DNA of 64,000 nucleotides from an uncultured Methylibium sp. (GTDB lineage: Bacteria; Pseudomonadota; Gammaproteobacteria; Burkholderiales; Burkholderiaceae_C), in NCBI GenBank assembly GCA_964616015.1, contig CAZTTC010000001.1:1098-65097 (forward strand), given 5' to 3'. How positions within the stretch are numbered: position 1 is the stretch's first letter; every line of letters starts with the position of its first letter. Position numbers and translations under genes: made by a program. Under the pieces are notes generated by a model that saw nothing but the letters and a program-made list of their open reading frames with translations, was not told the origin of the DNA and searched no databases. This document shows, in pieces, positions 1 through 9,817 of the stretch.

Positions 1-110
1 CGCGTGCCACGGCCCTCAGGTGGGGGGGCGCTGCGCCCGCGCCCCGGGCTAGCATCCCTGTCCGACTGCGCCTCGCCTCGGCCTAGACACTCTCTCGGCC
101 GGCCTCGCCG

Positions 111-824
111 ATGACCTCGTCCCCCTGGATGCTTCTGCTACTTGCCAGCGTTGCCGTGATCGGCGCGTTCTGGCTCGGCCGCAGGTCGAACGCGCGCAAC
201 TCGCCCACGCCGCTGCCCGGTGACTGGGCCGTGATGGCGCGGCCGGTGCTCAACGCCGACGAGCGCCGCACGATGCGCATGCTGCGCGACGCGATGCCGC
301 AGTACGTCGTGCTCGCCAAGCTGCCGCTGGTGCGGCTGTGCCAGCCGCGCGATCCGCAGAAGGTGCGCTACTGGTTCGACCTGCTGGGGCCTCTGCACGT
401 GAGCTTCGCGGTCTGCAGCCCCAACGGCCGCGTGCTGGCCGTGATCGACCTCGAACCCGAGCGCGGCTTCTCGCGCCGCGCGGCCAGGATCAAGCAGTCG
501 GTCCTCGACGCCTGCCGCATCCGCTACCTCGCCTGCCGCGCCGAGAACCTGCCCCCGGCCGGCGAGCTGCAACTGCTGCTGCGCCCCCAGGGCGTGGTCA
601 GCAGTCCGGTGCCGCTGGCGCCGACGCCCACCTTCGTGGCGGCGCGCAGCACGCTGTCGGACACCGTGCGCACCAAGCGCGCGGAACGGTCCGCGCGCTG
701 GGCCGACTCCAACTTCCCGCAGGATTCCTTCTTCGCTCCCGACAGTCGCCTCGACGGCGGGCCGACCAGCGAGTTCTCGCCGCTGAGCATGGCGCGCGAA
801 GACCTGCCCAGCGCCTTGCGCTGA
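111..824 (+). CDS. DUF2726 domain-containing protein with N-terminal membrane anchor
   Basis: 237-aa ORF with a hydrophobic N-terminus. The motifs 'PVLNADE...VLAKLPL...HVSFAVC...LAVIDL...K.SVLDACRIRYL' fit the DUF2726 pattern. Confidence 0.75.
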   Translation: MTSSPWMLLLLASVAVIGAFWLGRRSNARNSPTPLPGDWAVMARPVLNADERRTMRMLRDAMPQYVVLAKLPLVRLCQPRDPQKVRYWFDLLGPLHVSFAVCSPNGRVLAVIDLEPERGFSRRAARIKQSVLDACRIRYLACRAENLPPAGELQLLLRPQGVVSSPVPLAPTPTFVAARSTLSDTVRTKRAERSARWADSNFPQDSFFAPDSRLDGGPTSEFSPLSMAREDLPSALR

Positions 825-847
825 CACCCGCGTGCGACCATCGCGGC

Positions 848-1864
848 ATGGACGATGCCGCGAGCGCCCCCCAACCCTTTGCCGATCTGACGCCGCACGC
901 GGTGCTGGACGCGCTCGCCGACGCCGGCCTGTACGGTGACGGCCGCCTGCTGCAGCTCAACTCCTACGAGAACCGCGTGTTCCAGGTCGCGCTGGAAGAC
1001 AGCCGCTTCGTGGTCGCCAAGTTCTACCGGCCGGGCCGCTGGAGCGATGCGCAGATCCTCGAGGAGCATGCCTTCGCACTGGAACTGGCCGCCGCCGAGG
1101 TGCCCGCGGTCGCGCCGCTGGTCCTCGATGCCGGCCGCGCCGTCGCCGGCACCGCCCTGCTCGGCGCGCCGCCGACGCTGGCCTGCCGCGACGGCATGCG
1201 CTTCGCCGCCGCACCGCGCCGCGCCGGCCGGGCACCCGAGCTCGACGACCCCGAGGTGCTGGAGTGGATCGGCCGCTTCATCGGCCGCCTGCACCTCGTG
1301 GGCCGCCAGCAGCCCTTCGCCCACCGCCGCTCGCTGGACGTCGACACCCTGGGCCGCCAGCCCCGCGCCTGGCTGCTCCGGCACGAGGTGCTGGCGCCGG
1401 CCGAGTCCGCGCGCTGGGCCGAGGTCGCCGACCAGGCCCTGGCGCTGGCCGAGCAGCGTTTCGCCGCCGTCGCGCCGCGCCGCCTGCGCCTGCACGGCGA
1501 CTTCCATCCGGGCAACCTGCTGTGGACGCCCGAAGGCCCGCACTTTGTCGACCTCGACGACGCGATGACCGGCCCGGCCGTCCAGGACCTGTGGATGCTG
1601 CTGTCGGGCGACCCGGCCGAAGCGCGCCGCCAACTGGCCTGCCTGCTCGAAGGCTACGAGACCTTCTGCGACTTCGACCGCCGCGAGCTCGCACTCGTGG
1701 AGGCGCTGCGCACGCTGCGCATGATCCACCACAGCTTCTGGATCGCGCAGCGCTGGTCCGATCCGGCCTTTCCCGCCGCCTTCCCCTGGTTCGGCGGCCC
1801 GAGCTACTGGTCGCAGCAGACCGCCGACCTGCGCCAGCAGATCGAGGTCATGAGCCACGACTGA
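848..1864 (+). CDS. srkA: Stress response Ser/Thr kinase (SrkA/RdoA/YihE, APH-like fold)
   Basis: ATG at 848 is in frame with ORF 338..1864. Motifs LNSYENRV, VAKFYRPGRWS, RLHGDFHPGN, VDLDD, PAVQDLWM and DPAFPAAFPWF. Confidence 0.93.
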   Translation: MDDAASAPQPFADLTPHAVLDALADAGLYGDGRLLQLNSYENRVFQVALEDSRFVVAKFYRPGRWSDAQILEEHAFALELAAAEVPAVAPLVLDAGRAVAGTALLGAPPTLACRDGMRFAAAPRRAGRAPELDDPEVLEWIGRFIGRLHLVGRQQPFAHRRSLDVDTLGRQPRAWLLRHEVLAPAESARWAEVADQALALAEQRFAAVAPRRLRLHGDFHPGNLLWTPEGPHFVDLDDAMTGPAVQDLWMLLSGDPAEARRQLACLLEGYETFCDFDRRELALVEALRTLRMIHHSFWIAQRWSDPAFPAAFPWFGGPSYWSQQTADLRQQIEVMSHD

Positions 1865-1874
1865 GTAACCGCGC

Positions 1875-3740
1875 TCAGGTCAGCAGTCGGTTCACACGCT
1901 GCACGTAGGCCGCGGGATCCTCGAGCTGCCCGCCCTCGGCCAGCACCGCCTGGTCGAACAGCACGTGGGCCAGGTCGTCGAAGCGCTCGCTGCCGTCCAG
2001 GCGCTTCACCAGCGCGTGCTCCGCGTTCACTTCCAGGATGGGCTGGCTGGCCGGTGCGCTCTGGCCGGCCTGCTTGAGCAGCCGCGCGAGGTGGCCGCTC
2101 ATGTCGCCCTCCTCCACCACCAGGCAGGCCGGTGAATCGACCAGCCGCGTCGTGACCCGCACGTCCTTGGCGCGGTCCTTCAGCGCTTCCTTCAGCTTGT
2201 CGAGCACCGGCTTGAAGGCCTCGGCCACGGCTTCGAGCTGCTGCTTCTCGGCCGCGTCCTGCAACGTGCCCAGATCCACCGCGCCCTTGGCCACGCTCTG
2301 CAGCGGCTTGCCCTCGAACTCGTACAGGTGCGCCAGCATCCACTCGTCCACGCGGTCGGCCAGCAGCAGCACCTCGATGCCCTTCTTGCGGAACAGCTCC
2401 AGCTGCGGGCTGCTCTTCGCCGCCGCCAGCGTGTCGGCGGTGATGACGTAGATCGCCTCCTGGCCTTCCTTCATGCGGCCCACGTAGTCGGCCAGGCTCA
2501 CGCCGGCATCGGCGTGCGTGGACGCGAAGCGCAGCAGCTTGGCCAGCCGCTCCTGGTTGGCATGGTCCTCGCCGAGGCCTTCCTTCAACACCGCGCCGAA
2601 CTCGCTCCAGAAGCTGGCGTACTTGTCCTTGTCGTTGGCCGCCAGATCCTCCAGCATGCCCAGCACGCGCTTCGTGCTGCCCTCGCGGATCGCCTTCACG
2701 TCGCGGCTCTCCTGCAGCAGCTCGCGGCTCACGTTGAGCGGCAGGTCGCTCGAGTCGATCACGCCCTTGACGAAGCGCAGGTAGCCGGGCATCAGCGCCT
2801 GCGCGTCGTCCATGATGAAGACGCGCTTGACGTAGAGCTTGACACCGCTCTTGCGGTCGCGGTTCCACAGATCCTGCGGCGCCTTGGCCGGCAGGTACAG
2901 CAGTTGGATGTACTCGCTGCGCCCCTCGACGCGGTTGTGCGTGTAGGCCAGCGGCGGCGCGGGGTCGAAGCTGATCTGCTCGTAGAAGCTCTTGTACTCG
3001 GCGTCGGTGATCTCGCTCTTGGCGCGCGCCCACAGCGCCGCCGCCTTGTTGACGGTCTCCCACTCGTCCAGCGTCACGTACTCGCTCTTCTCGCTGCTCC
3101 ACTCCTGCTTGCGCATCAGGATCGGCAGCGAGATGTGGTCGGAGTACCGGGCGATCGTCGACTTGATCTTCCACTGCGACAGCCACTCGTCCTCGCCCTC
3201 GCGCAGGTGCAGGATCACGTCGGTGCCGCGTTTCGCGCGCTCGAAGCGCTCGACCTCGAACTCGCCGGTGCCGGCGCTGCTCCAGCGCACGCCCTCGTCG
3301 GCCTTCAGGCCGGCGCGGCGCGTCTCCACCGTGATGCGGTCGGCCACGATGTAGCCGCTGTAGAAGCCCACGCCGAACTGGCCGATCAGCTGCGTGTCGC
3401 GGGCCTGTTCGCCCGAGAGCTTGCCGACGAACTCGCGCGTGCCGCTCTTGGCGATCGTGCCCAGGTTGGCGATCGCCTCGGCCTCGTTCATGCCGATGCC
3501 GTTGTCGCTGATGGTGATCGTGCGCGCTGCCGCGTCGTAGCTCACCCTCACCTCCAGCGTCGGTGCGTCCTCGAACAGGGCGGCCTCGTTCAGCGCCTCG
3601 AAGCGCAACTTGTCGCAGGCATCCGACGCGTTGGAGATCAGCTCGCGGAGAAATATCTCCTTGTTAGAGTAGAGCGAATGCGTCACCAGGTGCAGCAACT
3701 GTTGCACCTCGGCTTGGAAAGACAGGGTCTGCTTGTTCAT
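1875..3740 (-). CDS. htpG: Molecular chaperone HtpG (Hsp90)
   Basis: 621 aa. Motifs [34 protein letters not shown] and DLPLNVSRE. Confidence 0.98.
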   Translation of the reverse strand: MNKQTLSFQAEVQQLLHLVTHSLYSNKEIFLRELISNASDACDKLRFEALNEAALFEDAPTLEVRVSYDAAARTITISDNGIGMNEAEAIANLGTIAKSGTREFVGKLSGEQARDTQLIGQFGVGFYSGYIVADRITVETRRAGLKADEGVRWSSAGTGEFEVERFERAKRGTDVILHLREGEDEWLSQWKIKSTIARYSDHISLPILMRKQEWSSEKSEYVTLDEWETVNKAAALWARAKSEITDAEYKSFYEQISFDPAPPLAYTHNRVEGRSEYIQLLYLPAKAPQDLWNRDRKSGVKLYVKRVFIMDDAQALMPGYLRFVKGVIDSSDLPLNVSRELLQESRDVKAIREGSTKRVLGMLEDLAANDKDKYASFWSEFGAVLKEGLGEDHANQERLAKLLRFASTHADAGVSLADYVGRMKEGQEAIYVITADTLAAAKSSPQLELFRKKGIEVLLLADRVDEWMLAHLYEFEGKPLQSVAKGAVDLGTLQDAAEKQQLEAVAEAFKPVLDKLKEALKDRAKDVRVTTRLVDSPACLVVEEGDMSGHLARLLKQAGQSAPASQPILEVNAEHALVKRLDGSERFDDLAHVLFDQAVLAEGGQLEDPAAYVQRVNRLLT

Positions 3741-3915
3741 GGCGGACTGAAGATTCGTTGGGAGAGTCGCTGGCCCGCGATGCCTCGATCGCGCGCGGCA
3801 AGCATTGTGGGGCCGCTCGCGCGGCTTTCAAGCCCGGCATGGCCCGCATGCCGTCACCGGAACTTGCCCCCAGCCCCGCGCTCCCACCGTCGGGGCCAGA
3901 GGAGACCAAAAGACG

Positions 3916-5169
3916 ATGAACGACAACCCGCTCGCCAACGCCGACATCCTGCGCGCACCGCTGTGGACGCTCGAAGGCCTGCGCGGCGCCGATCCGGTGC
4001 TGGGCATCGCGCTGCTGATCATCGTCGCGGTCGTCGCCGGCGAAGCGGTGCGCCGCTGGACCCGGCTGCCGCGCGCCTGCGGCCACATGCTGGTCGGCGT
4101 CATCGCCAGCCCGCTGGCGCTGCGCCTGCTGGAGCGCACCGACCTCGACCCGTGGAAGCCGCTGCTCGACCTGGCGGTCGGCGTGCTGGTCTTCGAGCTC
4201 GGCACGCGCATCCGCCCGCGCTGGCTGATCCACAACCCCGCGCTCGCGCTGCAGGGTGTGGCCGAGGCGCTGCTCGCGGGCGCCGCAGTGACCGGCGCGC
4301 TGGTGCTGCTGGGCGCCGCGCCCATGTCCGCGGCGCTGGCCGGCGCGGTGGCGATGGCCACCTCGCCGGTCATCACCATGGCCGCGGTGCACGAGTCGCA
4401 GCCGCGCGGCCAGGTCACCGAACGGCTGCTGATGATGACCGCGCTCAACAGCGTGCTGGCGGTGCTGGCCCTCAAGGGCTGGCGCGTCGTCGCCACCGCC
4501 GACGCCCCGCTGCGCGCCGAGTGGCTGCCCGCGCTGGCCAACGCGGTCTACGTGCTGTGCGGCTCCTTCCTGCTGGGCGCGCTGCTGGGCCTGCTGCTCA
4601 CCTGGCTGTCCCAGCCCATGCGCCGCACCACCGCCAGCGCCGTGCTGCAGATCGGCCTGCTGGTGCTGGGGGCGCTGCTGGCCGCGCAGTGGACGCTGTC
4701 GCCGCTGCTCGCGCTGCTGGTCGCCGGCATCGTCGCGCGCGAGCGCATGGGCCATGGCCTCACCGTCGAGCCGCAGCTCGGCACCGCGGGTGCGGCGCTG
4801 ACGGTGCTGCTGTTCGTGAGCCTGGGCCTCGTCAGCACGGTCGAGGGCATGCTGAGCCTGTGGCCCTGGGTGCTGGCGATCATCGTCGCGCGCGCGCTCG
4901 GCAAGGGCCTGGCCATCGCCGCGATGTCGCGGCACAGCGGCCTGAGCCTCAAGCAGGCCCTGGCCCTGACGCTGGCCCTGCAGCCCATGGCCCAATCGGC
5001 CCTGCTGCTGGGCGCCAGCAGCTACGGCTGGCCCGGCGACGCGCCGCTGGTCGAGGCCGGCGTGCTGCAGGCGCTGCTGATCGCGGTGACGCTGATGCAG
5101 CTGAGCGGCCCCATCTGGGCCCAGTTCGCGCTGCGCCAGGTCGCCGGCGAAGTGCCGCAACGGAGCTGA
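3916..5169 (+). CDS. Cation:proton antiporter (CPA2/Na+/H+ exchanger family)
   Basis: ATG at 3916 follows a GGAGA RBS. Many TM helices and an 'AMATSPVI' motif; typical partner of ybdK in Burkholderiales. Confidence 0.8.
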   Translation: MNDNPLANADILRAPLWTLEGLRGADPVLGIALLIIVAVVAGEAVRRWTRLPRACGHMLVGVIASPLALRLLERTDLDPWKPLLDLAVGVLVFELGTRIRPRWLIHNPALALQGVAEALLAGAAVTGALVLLGAAPMSAALAGAVAMATSPVITMAAVHESQPRGQVTERLLMMTALNSVLAVLALKGWRVVATADAPLRAEWLPALANAVYVLCGSFLLGALLGLLLTWLSQPMRRTTASAVLQIGLLVLGALLAAQWTLSPLLALLVAGIVARERMGHGLTVEPQLGTAGAALTVLLFVSLGLVSTVEGMLSLWPWVLAIIVARALGKGLAIAAMSRHSGLSLKQALALTLALQPMAQSALLLGASSYGWPGDAPLVEAGVLQALLIAVTLMQLSGPIWAQFALRQVAGEVPQRS

Positions 5170-5172
5170 GCC

Positions 5173-6285
5173 ATGCCACTGCAGGACTTCACCCCTTCCG
5201 AAGCGCTGACCCTGGGCGTCGAGCTCGAGCTCCAGATCCTCAGCACCCACGACTTCGACCTCGCCCCGCAGGCCGAGGACCTGCTGCGCGAGACCGCCAG
5301 GCACAGCGGTGCCTGGGACATCAAGCCCGAGATCACGCGCAGCATGATCGAGATCGGCAGCTCCATCCAACGCCGCCACGGCCCGCTGCGCGACGAGCTG
5401 CGCGACATGCGCAACCAGCTCGCGCGCGCCGCCCGCAAGCTCAACATCTCGATCGCCGGCGGCGGCACGCATGCCTACCAGCACTGGAGCGAACAGCAGA
5501 TCTTCCCTGGCGAGCGCTTCCACTACATCAGCGAGCTCTACGGCTACCTCGCCAAGCAGTTCACCGTGTTCGGCCAGCACGTGCACGTCGGCTGCCCCGA
5601 CGGCGACCAAGCGCTGTGGCTGCTGCACGCGCTGTCGCGCTATGTGCCTCACTTCATCGCACTCAGCGCCTCCTCGCCCTACGTGCAGGGCCAGGACACC
5701 GGCTTCGACTCCGCGCGGCTCAACTCGGTGTTCGCCTTCCCGCTGTCGGGGCGCGCGCCCTTCGTGCGCAGCTGGGACGAGTTCGGCGGCTACTTCGACA
5801 AGATGACCGCCACCGGCGTCGTCCAGTCGATGAAGGACTTCTACTGGGACATCCGCCCCAAGCCCGAGTTCGGCACCATCGAGCTGCGCGTGTGCGACAC
5901 GCCGCTGGCGGTCGACAAGGCCGCAGCGCTGGCCTGCTACCTGCAGTGCATCTGCCGTCAGCTGCGCGAGGAGAGGCCCTTCGAGCCCAGCGAGGACGAC
6001 TACCTCGTCTACACCTTCAACCGCTTCCAGGCCTGCCGTTTCGGCCTGGAGGGCGAGATCGTCGACCCCAAGACCAAGCAGCGCTCGCGGCTGCGCGACG
6101 ACATCCTGCGCACCTTGACGCGCCTGGACGAGCACGCGCTCGACCTCGAGGCGCTGGAGGCGACGCAGCTGCTGCGCGACTCGCTCTTCGAAGGCAACGA
6201 CGCGCGCTGGCTTCGCAGCCAGCGCGCGTCGTCGCTGCCCCTGTCGGCGGTGGTCGAATCGGCGGCGCGGCGCTGGATCGTCTGA
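5173..6285 (+). CDS. ybdK: YbdK family carboxylate-amine ligase (GCS2, putative glutamate-cysteine ligase 2)
   Basis: Motifs TLGVELELQI, FGQHVHVG, ALSASSPY and YWDIRPKPEFGTIELRVCD. Confidence 0.92.
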   Translation: MPLQDFTPSEALTLGVELELQILSTHDFDLAPQAEDLLRETARHSGAWDIKPEITRSMIEIGSSIQRRHGPLRDELRDMRNQLARAARKLNISIAGGGTHAYQHWSEQQIFPGERFHYISELYGYLAKQFTVFGQHVHVGCPDGDQALWLLHALSRYVPHFIALSASSPYVQGQDTGFDSARLNSVFAFPLSGRAPFVRSWDEFGGYFDKMTATGVVQSMKDFYWDIRPKPEFGTIELRVCDTPLAVDKAAALACYLQCICRQLREERPFEPSEDDYLVYTFNRFQACRFGLEGEIVDPKTKQRSRLRDDILRTLTRLDEHALDLEALEATQLLRDSLFEGNDARWLRSQRASSLPLSAVVESAARRWIV

Positions 6286-6292
6286 GCCCGCA

Positions 6293-6339
6293 CCGTTCGG
6301 CCTGAGCCGGCCCCGTTCAGGCTGAGCCTGTCGAAGCCC
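6293..6339. repeat. REP-like intergenic repeat (CCGTTCNGNCTGAGCC..., one partial and one fuller copy ending TGTCGAAGCCC)
   Basis: ccgttcggcctgagcc (6293-6308) and ccgttcaggctgagcctgtcgaagccc (6313-6339) lie between convergent genes. They resemble a common proteobacterial REP-like family. Confidence 0.5.
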
Positions 6340-6377
6340 CCCGGCCACCGCCGGCACCGTACCGGCTCCATCGCGGC

Positions 6378-6920
6378 TCAATGCCGGCCGAAGCGCAGGT
6401 GCACCGGCAGGTCGTTGAGCTTGGGTTCGGCGGCCTTCGCGGCCTCGTCCTTCATGCCCATCGAGAAGCCTTCACCGGCGGCCACCCGCAGGTCGCCCGA
6501 CGCCGCCACCGGCGCAGCGGCCGGCTTGAACACGCCGACGTAGCGCAGGCTGTAGCCACCGCCCACCTCGGCCCAGCCGTCGGCGTGGACCGGATTCTTC
6601 TTCCACGCTTCGAGCTCGGCGCGCACTTCGGCGCGGCTGCGGCCCGGGCCGGTGTGGCCGACGAAGCGCAGGCTGTTGCCGCCGGCGACCTCGGCCCAGC
6701 CGTCGGCGTGGACCGGGTTTGCGCGCCACGCGGCCAGCTCGGCCATCACCTCGGCGCGGGTCTTGCCGGCGACGCCGGTCTGCTCGACGCGCACCAGCGT
6801 GTCGCCGATCAGCTGGAAGCCGTCGTGCGTCGGGATGCCCTGGGCCGACACGGCCAGAGGCGAGAGGGTGGTCACGGCGGCCGCGACGGCCAGGATCAGG
6901 GTGTTGAGGCGGTAGGACAT
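6378..6920 (-). CDS. Secreted DUF4148-like repeat protein (paralog 1)
   Basis: ATG at 6920 follows a GGAG RBS. Signal peptide MSYRLNTLILAVAAA...VSA, then two 41-aa repeats of the form '(T/S)RAEV.AEL.AW..NPVHADGWAEV.GG.SLR.VG'. Confidence 0.75.
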   Translation of the reverse strand: MSYRLNTLILAVAAAVTTLSPLAVSAQGIPTHDGFQLIGDTLVRVEQTGVAGKTRAEVMAELAAWRANPVHADGWAEVAGGNSLRFVGHTGPGRSRAEVRAELEAWKKNPVHADGWAEVGGGYSLRYVGVFKPAAAPVAASGDLRVAAGEGFSMGMKDEAAKAAEPKLNDLPVHLRFGRH

Positions 6921-6951
6921 GATGGACTCCTGTTGACGTTGAGGTTCGGTA

Positions 6952-7036
6952 GCAGCGCTGATTCGTTTCAGCGTGAAGAGAACTTTAGGAAGCAACCCCC
7001 GACAAGAGCATCACGAACCGATTACGAATCCGAAAT
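6952..7036 (-). promoter_or_regulatory. Promoter copy 1: leader hairpin, -10 TAAAGT, and CzcR/CusR-type box ATTAC-N6-GAAAT
   Basis: Hairpin cgctga-ttcgtt-tcagcg; acttta at 6982 (TAAAGT on the minus strand); ATTAC at 7021. The arrangement is duplicated 605 nt downstream. Confidence 0.65.
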
Positions 7037-7119
7037 GAATCCATCCCGGAATTCATCAGCGGCTCGTGCGTGCTGCTCATGCGTAAGCCTTGTGCAGGGG
7101 TCGCGCAGGCGCCGGGCCA

Positions 7120-7524
7120 TCAGCGCGCGTTGAAGTGCCGCTCGGCCAGCTTCACGTCGGCCGCCGTCGGCTTGCCAACGAAGCGCAGTGACTCGCCGCC
7201 GATCTCGGCAAAGCCGTCGTGCGACACCGGGTTGGCGATCCACGCGGCCAGCTCGGCACGCACTTCGGCGCGGCTCTTGCCGGCGCTCTTGTCGTGGCCG
7301 GCGAACACCAGGGTGTCGCCGATCACCTGCCAGCTGTCGGCCTGGCGGTGGGTGACCAGTTCGGCCTTGACGTCGGCGCGGCTCTTCGGCGCGGCGTTCG
7401 CGTTGCCGACGTAGATCAGCGTGTCGCCGACGAGCTGGAAGCCGTCGTGACCGTTGGCCTGGGCGGCCAGGGGCGACAGGATCGCGGCGACAGCGACGAC
7501 GAGGGTGTTGAGGCGCAAGGACAT
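7120..7524 (-). CDS. Secreted DUF4148-like repeat protein (paralog 2)
   Basis: 134 aa with a signal peptide ending AQA. 'KSRA(D/E)V.AEL' repeats and 'HDGFQL.GDTL' are shared with paralog 1. Confidence 0.75.
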   Translation of the reverse strand: MSLRLNTLVVAVAAILSPLAAQANGHDGFQLVGDTLIYVGNANAAPKSRADVKAELVTHRQADSWQVIGDTLVFAGHDKSAGKSRAEVRAELAAWIANPVSHDGFAEIGGESLRFVGKPTAADVKLAERHFNAR

Positions 7525-7556
7525 GGTGGGCTCCTAGAGGGTGTTGAGGTTGCGTT

Positions 7557-7641
7557 GCAGCGCTGATTCGTTTCAGCGTGAGGGGAACTTTAGAAATCGA
7601 CCCCCGACGCGAAGCGCACCTCCAAATTACGTTTGTGCAAG
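7557..7641 (-). promoter_or_regulatory. Promoter copy 2 (same hairpin, -10 and ATTAC box), within the divergent regulator intergenic region
   Basis: gcagcgctgattcgtttcagcgtga is identical to 6952-6976. acttta at 7587 and ATTAC at 7626 keep the same 39-nt spacing as copy 1. Confidence 0.65.
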
Positions 7642-7696
7642 GAAAGTCCCCCGCCACCGACTGCAGATCACGCGATGGAACAGCGAGGCAAACGCG

Positions 7697-8371
7697 ATGC
7701 GACTCCTGGTGGTGGAAGACGAGCCCAAGCTGGCCGAGTACCTGCGCAAGGGCCTCGGCGAGAACGGCTACGTGGTGGACGTGGCGCACGACGGCATCGA
7801 CGGCCGCCACCTCGCCACCGAGGGCCACTACGACCTGCTGGTGCTTGACGTCATGCTGCCCGGCGTCGACGGCTTCGGCGTGCTGGACGCCGTGCGCAAG
7901 GTCAAGGACACGCCGGTGCTCATGCTCACCGCGCGCGACAAGGTCGAGGATCGCGTGCGCGGCCTGCAGGGCGGCGCCGACGACTACCTCATCAAGCCCT
8001 TCTCCTTCTCGGAGCTGCTGGCACGCGTGCAGGCGCTGCTGCGCCGCGGCCGGGTCCCCCAGGAGAGCACCACGCTGCACCTCGGCGAGCTGGAGCTCGA
8101 CCTGATGAAACGCAAGGCCAGCCGCGCCTCGCAGCGCCTGGACCTCACGGCGAAGGAGTTCGCGCTGCTGAGCCTGCTGCTGCAGCGCCAGGGGCAGGTG
8201 CTGTCGCGCACCGTGCTGGCCGAGCAGGTGTGGGACATGAACTTCGACAGCGACACCAACGTCGTCGAGGTCGCGGTGCGGCGCCTGCGCAGCAAGCTCG
8301 ACGACCCCTACCCCACCAAGCTGCTGCACACGGTGCGCGGCATGGGCTACGTGCTGGAGCTGCGCACGTGA
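7697..8371 (+). CDS. Heavy-metal response regulator (CusR/CzcR/IrlR family, OmpR-type)
   Basis: [49 protein letters not shown] and HTVRGMGY. Confidence 0.93.
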   Translation: MRLLVVEDEPKLAEYLRKGLGENGYVVDVAHDGIDGRHLATEGHYDLLVLDVMLPGVDGFGVLDAVRKVKDTPVLMLTARDKVEDRVRGLQGGADDYLIKPFSFSELLARVQALLRRGRVPQESTTLHLGELELDLMKRKASRASQRLDLTAKEFALLSLLLQRQGQVLSRTVLAEQVWDMNFDSDTNVVEVAVRRLRSKLDDPYPTKLLHTVRGMGYVLELRT

Positions 8372-9735
8372 TCGTCGCCGACCCGCGCAGCTCCATCGTT
8401 GCGCGTGTCACGCTGGCGCTGGCGGCGATCGCCGTGCTGGTGTTCGGTGCCGCCGGCACGGCGCTGTACTGGACGCTCGAGCGCGAACTGATGCGCGTGG
8501 AGTTCGACGAGGTGCAGGGCAAGGTCGAGCAGGTGCAGCAGATGCTCGCCGAGAGCCCCGCCGGCATCGACGACGACTTCCGTCGTCGCCTCGACGGCGT
8601 GCTGGCCGGCCACGGCAACCTGCTGGTCGCGATCCGCTCGCGCGACGGCCACCTGCTGTTCGCCAACTCCGACGACCCGCTGCTGGCGGTCAACGCCGCC
8701 ACGCCGTCGATGTTCACGCTGCAGAACGGCAGCGCCACCGCCGGCTGCAAGGTCGAGATCCGCGAGCCCGGCCCGGCCGAAGGCGCGCAGGTCACGGTGG
8801 CGCTCGCCACCAGCATGCGCGGCAACGTGTTGCGCATGTACCGCAGCACCGTCGTGTGGATCTGCGTGGCGGGCTTCGCGGCCACGCTGCTGCTGGCTGC
8901 CTGGGCCACGCGCCGGGGCTTCCGGCCGGTGCGTGCGCTGGCGGCGCGGGCGGCACGCATCACGCCCGAGTCGCTGTCGCTGCGCCTGCCCGAGGTCGGC
9001 GAGGACCAGGAACTGCAGGCCCTGGCCGGCTCCTTCAACCAGGCGCTCGACCGCCTGCAGCAGGCCTACACGCGCCTGGAAGGCTTCAACGCCGACGTGG
9101 CCCACGAACTGCGCACGCCGCTGGCCACATTGATCAGCGGCATCGAGGTCACGCTGGCGCAGCCGCGCGGGCGCGACGAGCTGGAGCAGCTGCACTTCTC
9201 CAACCTCGAGGTGCTGGAGCGCCTGCGCGCCATCGTCAACGACATGCTCTTCCTGGCCCGCGCCGACAACGGCGAGCAGGCCGCCGATCGGCAGGAGGTC
9301 TCGCTGGCCGACGAAGCCGGCAAGGTGGTCGAGTTCTACGACGGTCTGCTCCAGCAGGCCGGCGTGCAGGTGGCGCTGCAGGGCGATGCGCGCGTGCGCT
9401 GCAACCCGGGGTTGGTGCGGCGCGCACTGTCCAACCTGCTGTCGAACGCGCTCAAGTACTCGGGCAGCGCGGCGCCGCAAGCCATCGCGATCCGCATCGA
9501 CGACGGTGCCGCCAGCGCCACGGTGGTCGTCAGCAACCGCGGGCCGACCATCCCGGCCGAGAACCTGCCGCGCATCTTCGACCGCTTCTACCGCGGCGAG
9601 GCCGCGCGCGGCCGCAGCGAAAGCCACGGCCTCGGCCTGGCCATCGTGCGCGCCGTCGCCACCATGCACGGCGGCAGTGCCACCGCCTGGTCGCAGGACG
9701 GTGTCACCGAGGTCGGCTTCCGGCTCGCCAAGTGA
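8368..9735 (+). CDS. Heavy-metal sensor histidine kinase (CusS/CzcS family)
   Basis: GTGA overlap with the regulator; two TM segments and a HAMP domain; H-box [14 protein letters not shown]-box NLLSNALKY and G-box GLGLAIV. Confidence 0.92.
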   Translation: MIVADPRSSIVARVTLALAAIAVLVFGAAGTALYWTLERELMRVEFDEVQGKVEQVQQMLAESPAGIDDDFRRRLDGVLAGHGNLLVAIRSRDGHLLFANSDDPLLAVNAATPSMFTLQNGSATAGCKVEIREPGPAEGAQVTVALATSMRGNVLRMYRSTVVWICVAGFAATLLLAAWATRRGFRPVRALAARAARITPESLSLRLPEVGEDQELQALAGSFNQALDRLQQAYTRLEGFNADVAHELRTPLATLISGIEVTLAQPRGRDELEQLHFSNLEVLERLRAIVNDMLFLARADNGEQAADRQEVSLADEAGKVVEFYDGLLQQAGVQVALQGDARVRCNPGLVRRALSNLLSNALKYSGSAAPQAIAIRIDDGAASATVVVSNRGPTIPAENLPRIFDRFYRGEAARGRSESHGLGLAIVRAVATMHGGSATAWSQDGVTEVGFRLAK

Positions 9736-9817
9736 GGCAAGCCACCCTGCTAGAGTGATCCGGCCCGGGATCAGGTGCCGTTCGAGCACCGTGCGCCACG
9801 GCCAGCAGGAGACAAGC

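Noticed and set aside
2328..6381. Very long alternative ORFs (1325 aa +, 905 aa -), and similar ones at 23587..27180 and 30581..32791
   Set aside because: Antisense or off-frame shadows of real genes in high-GC DNA; Arg/Ala/Gly-rich with no motifs.
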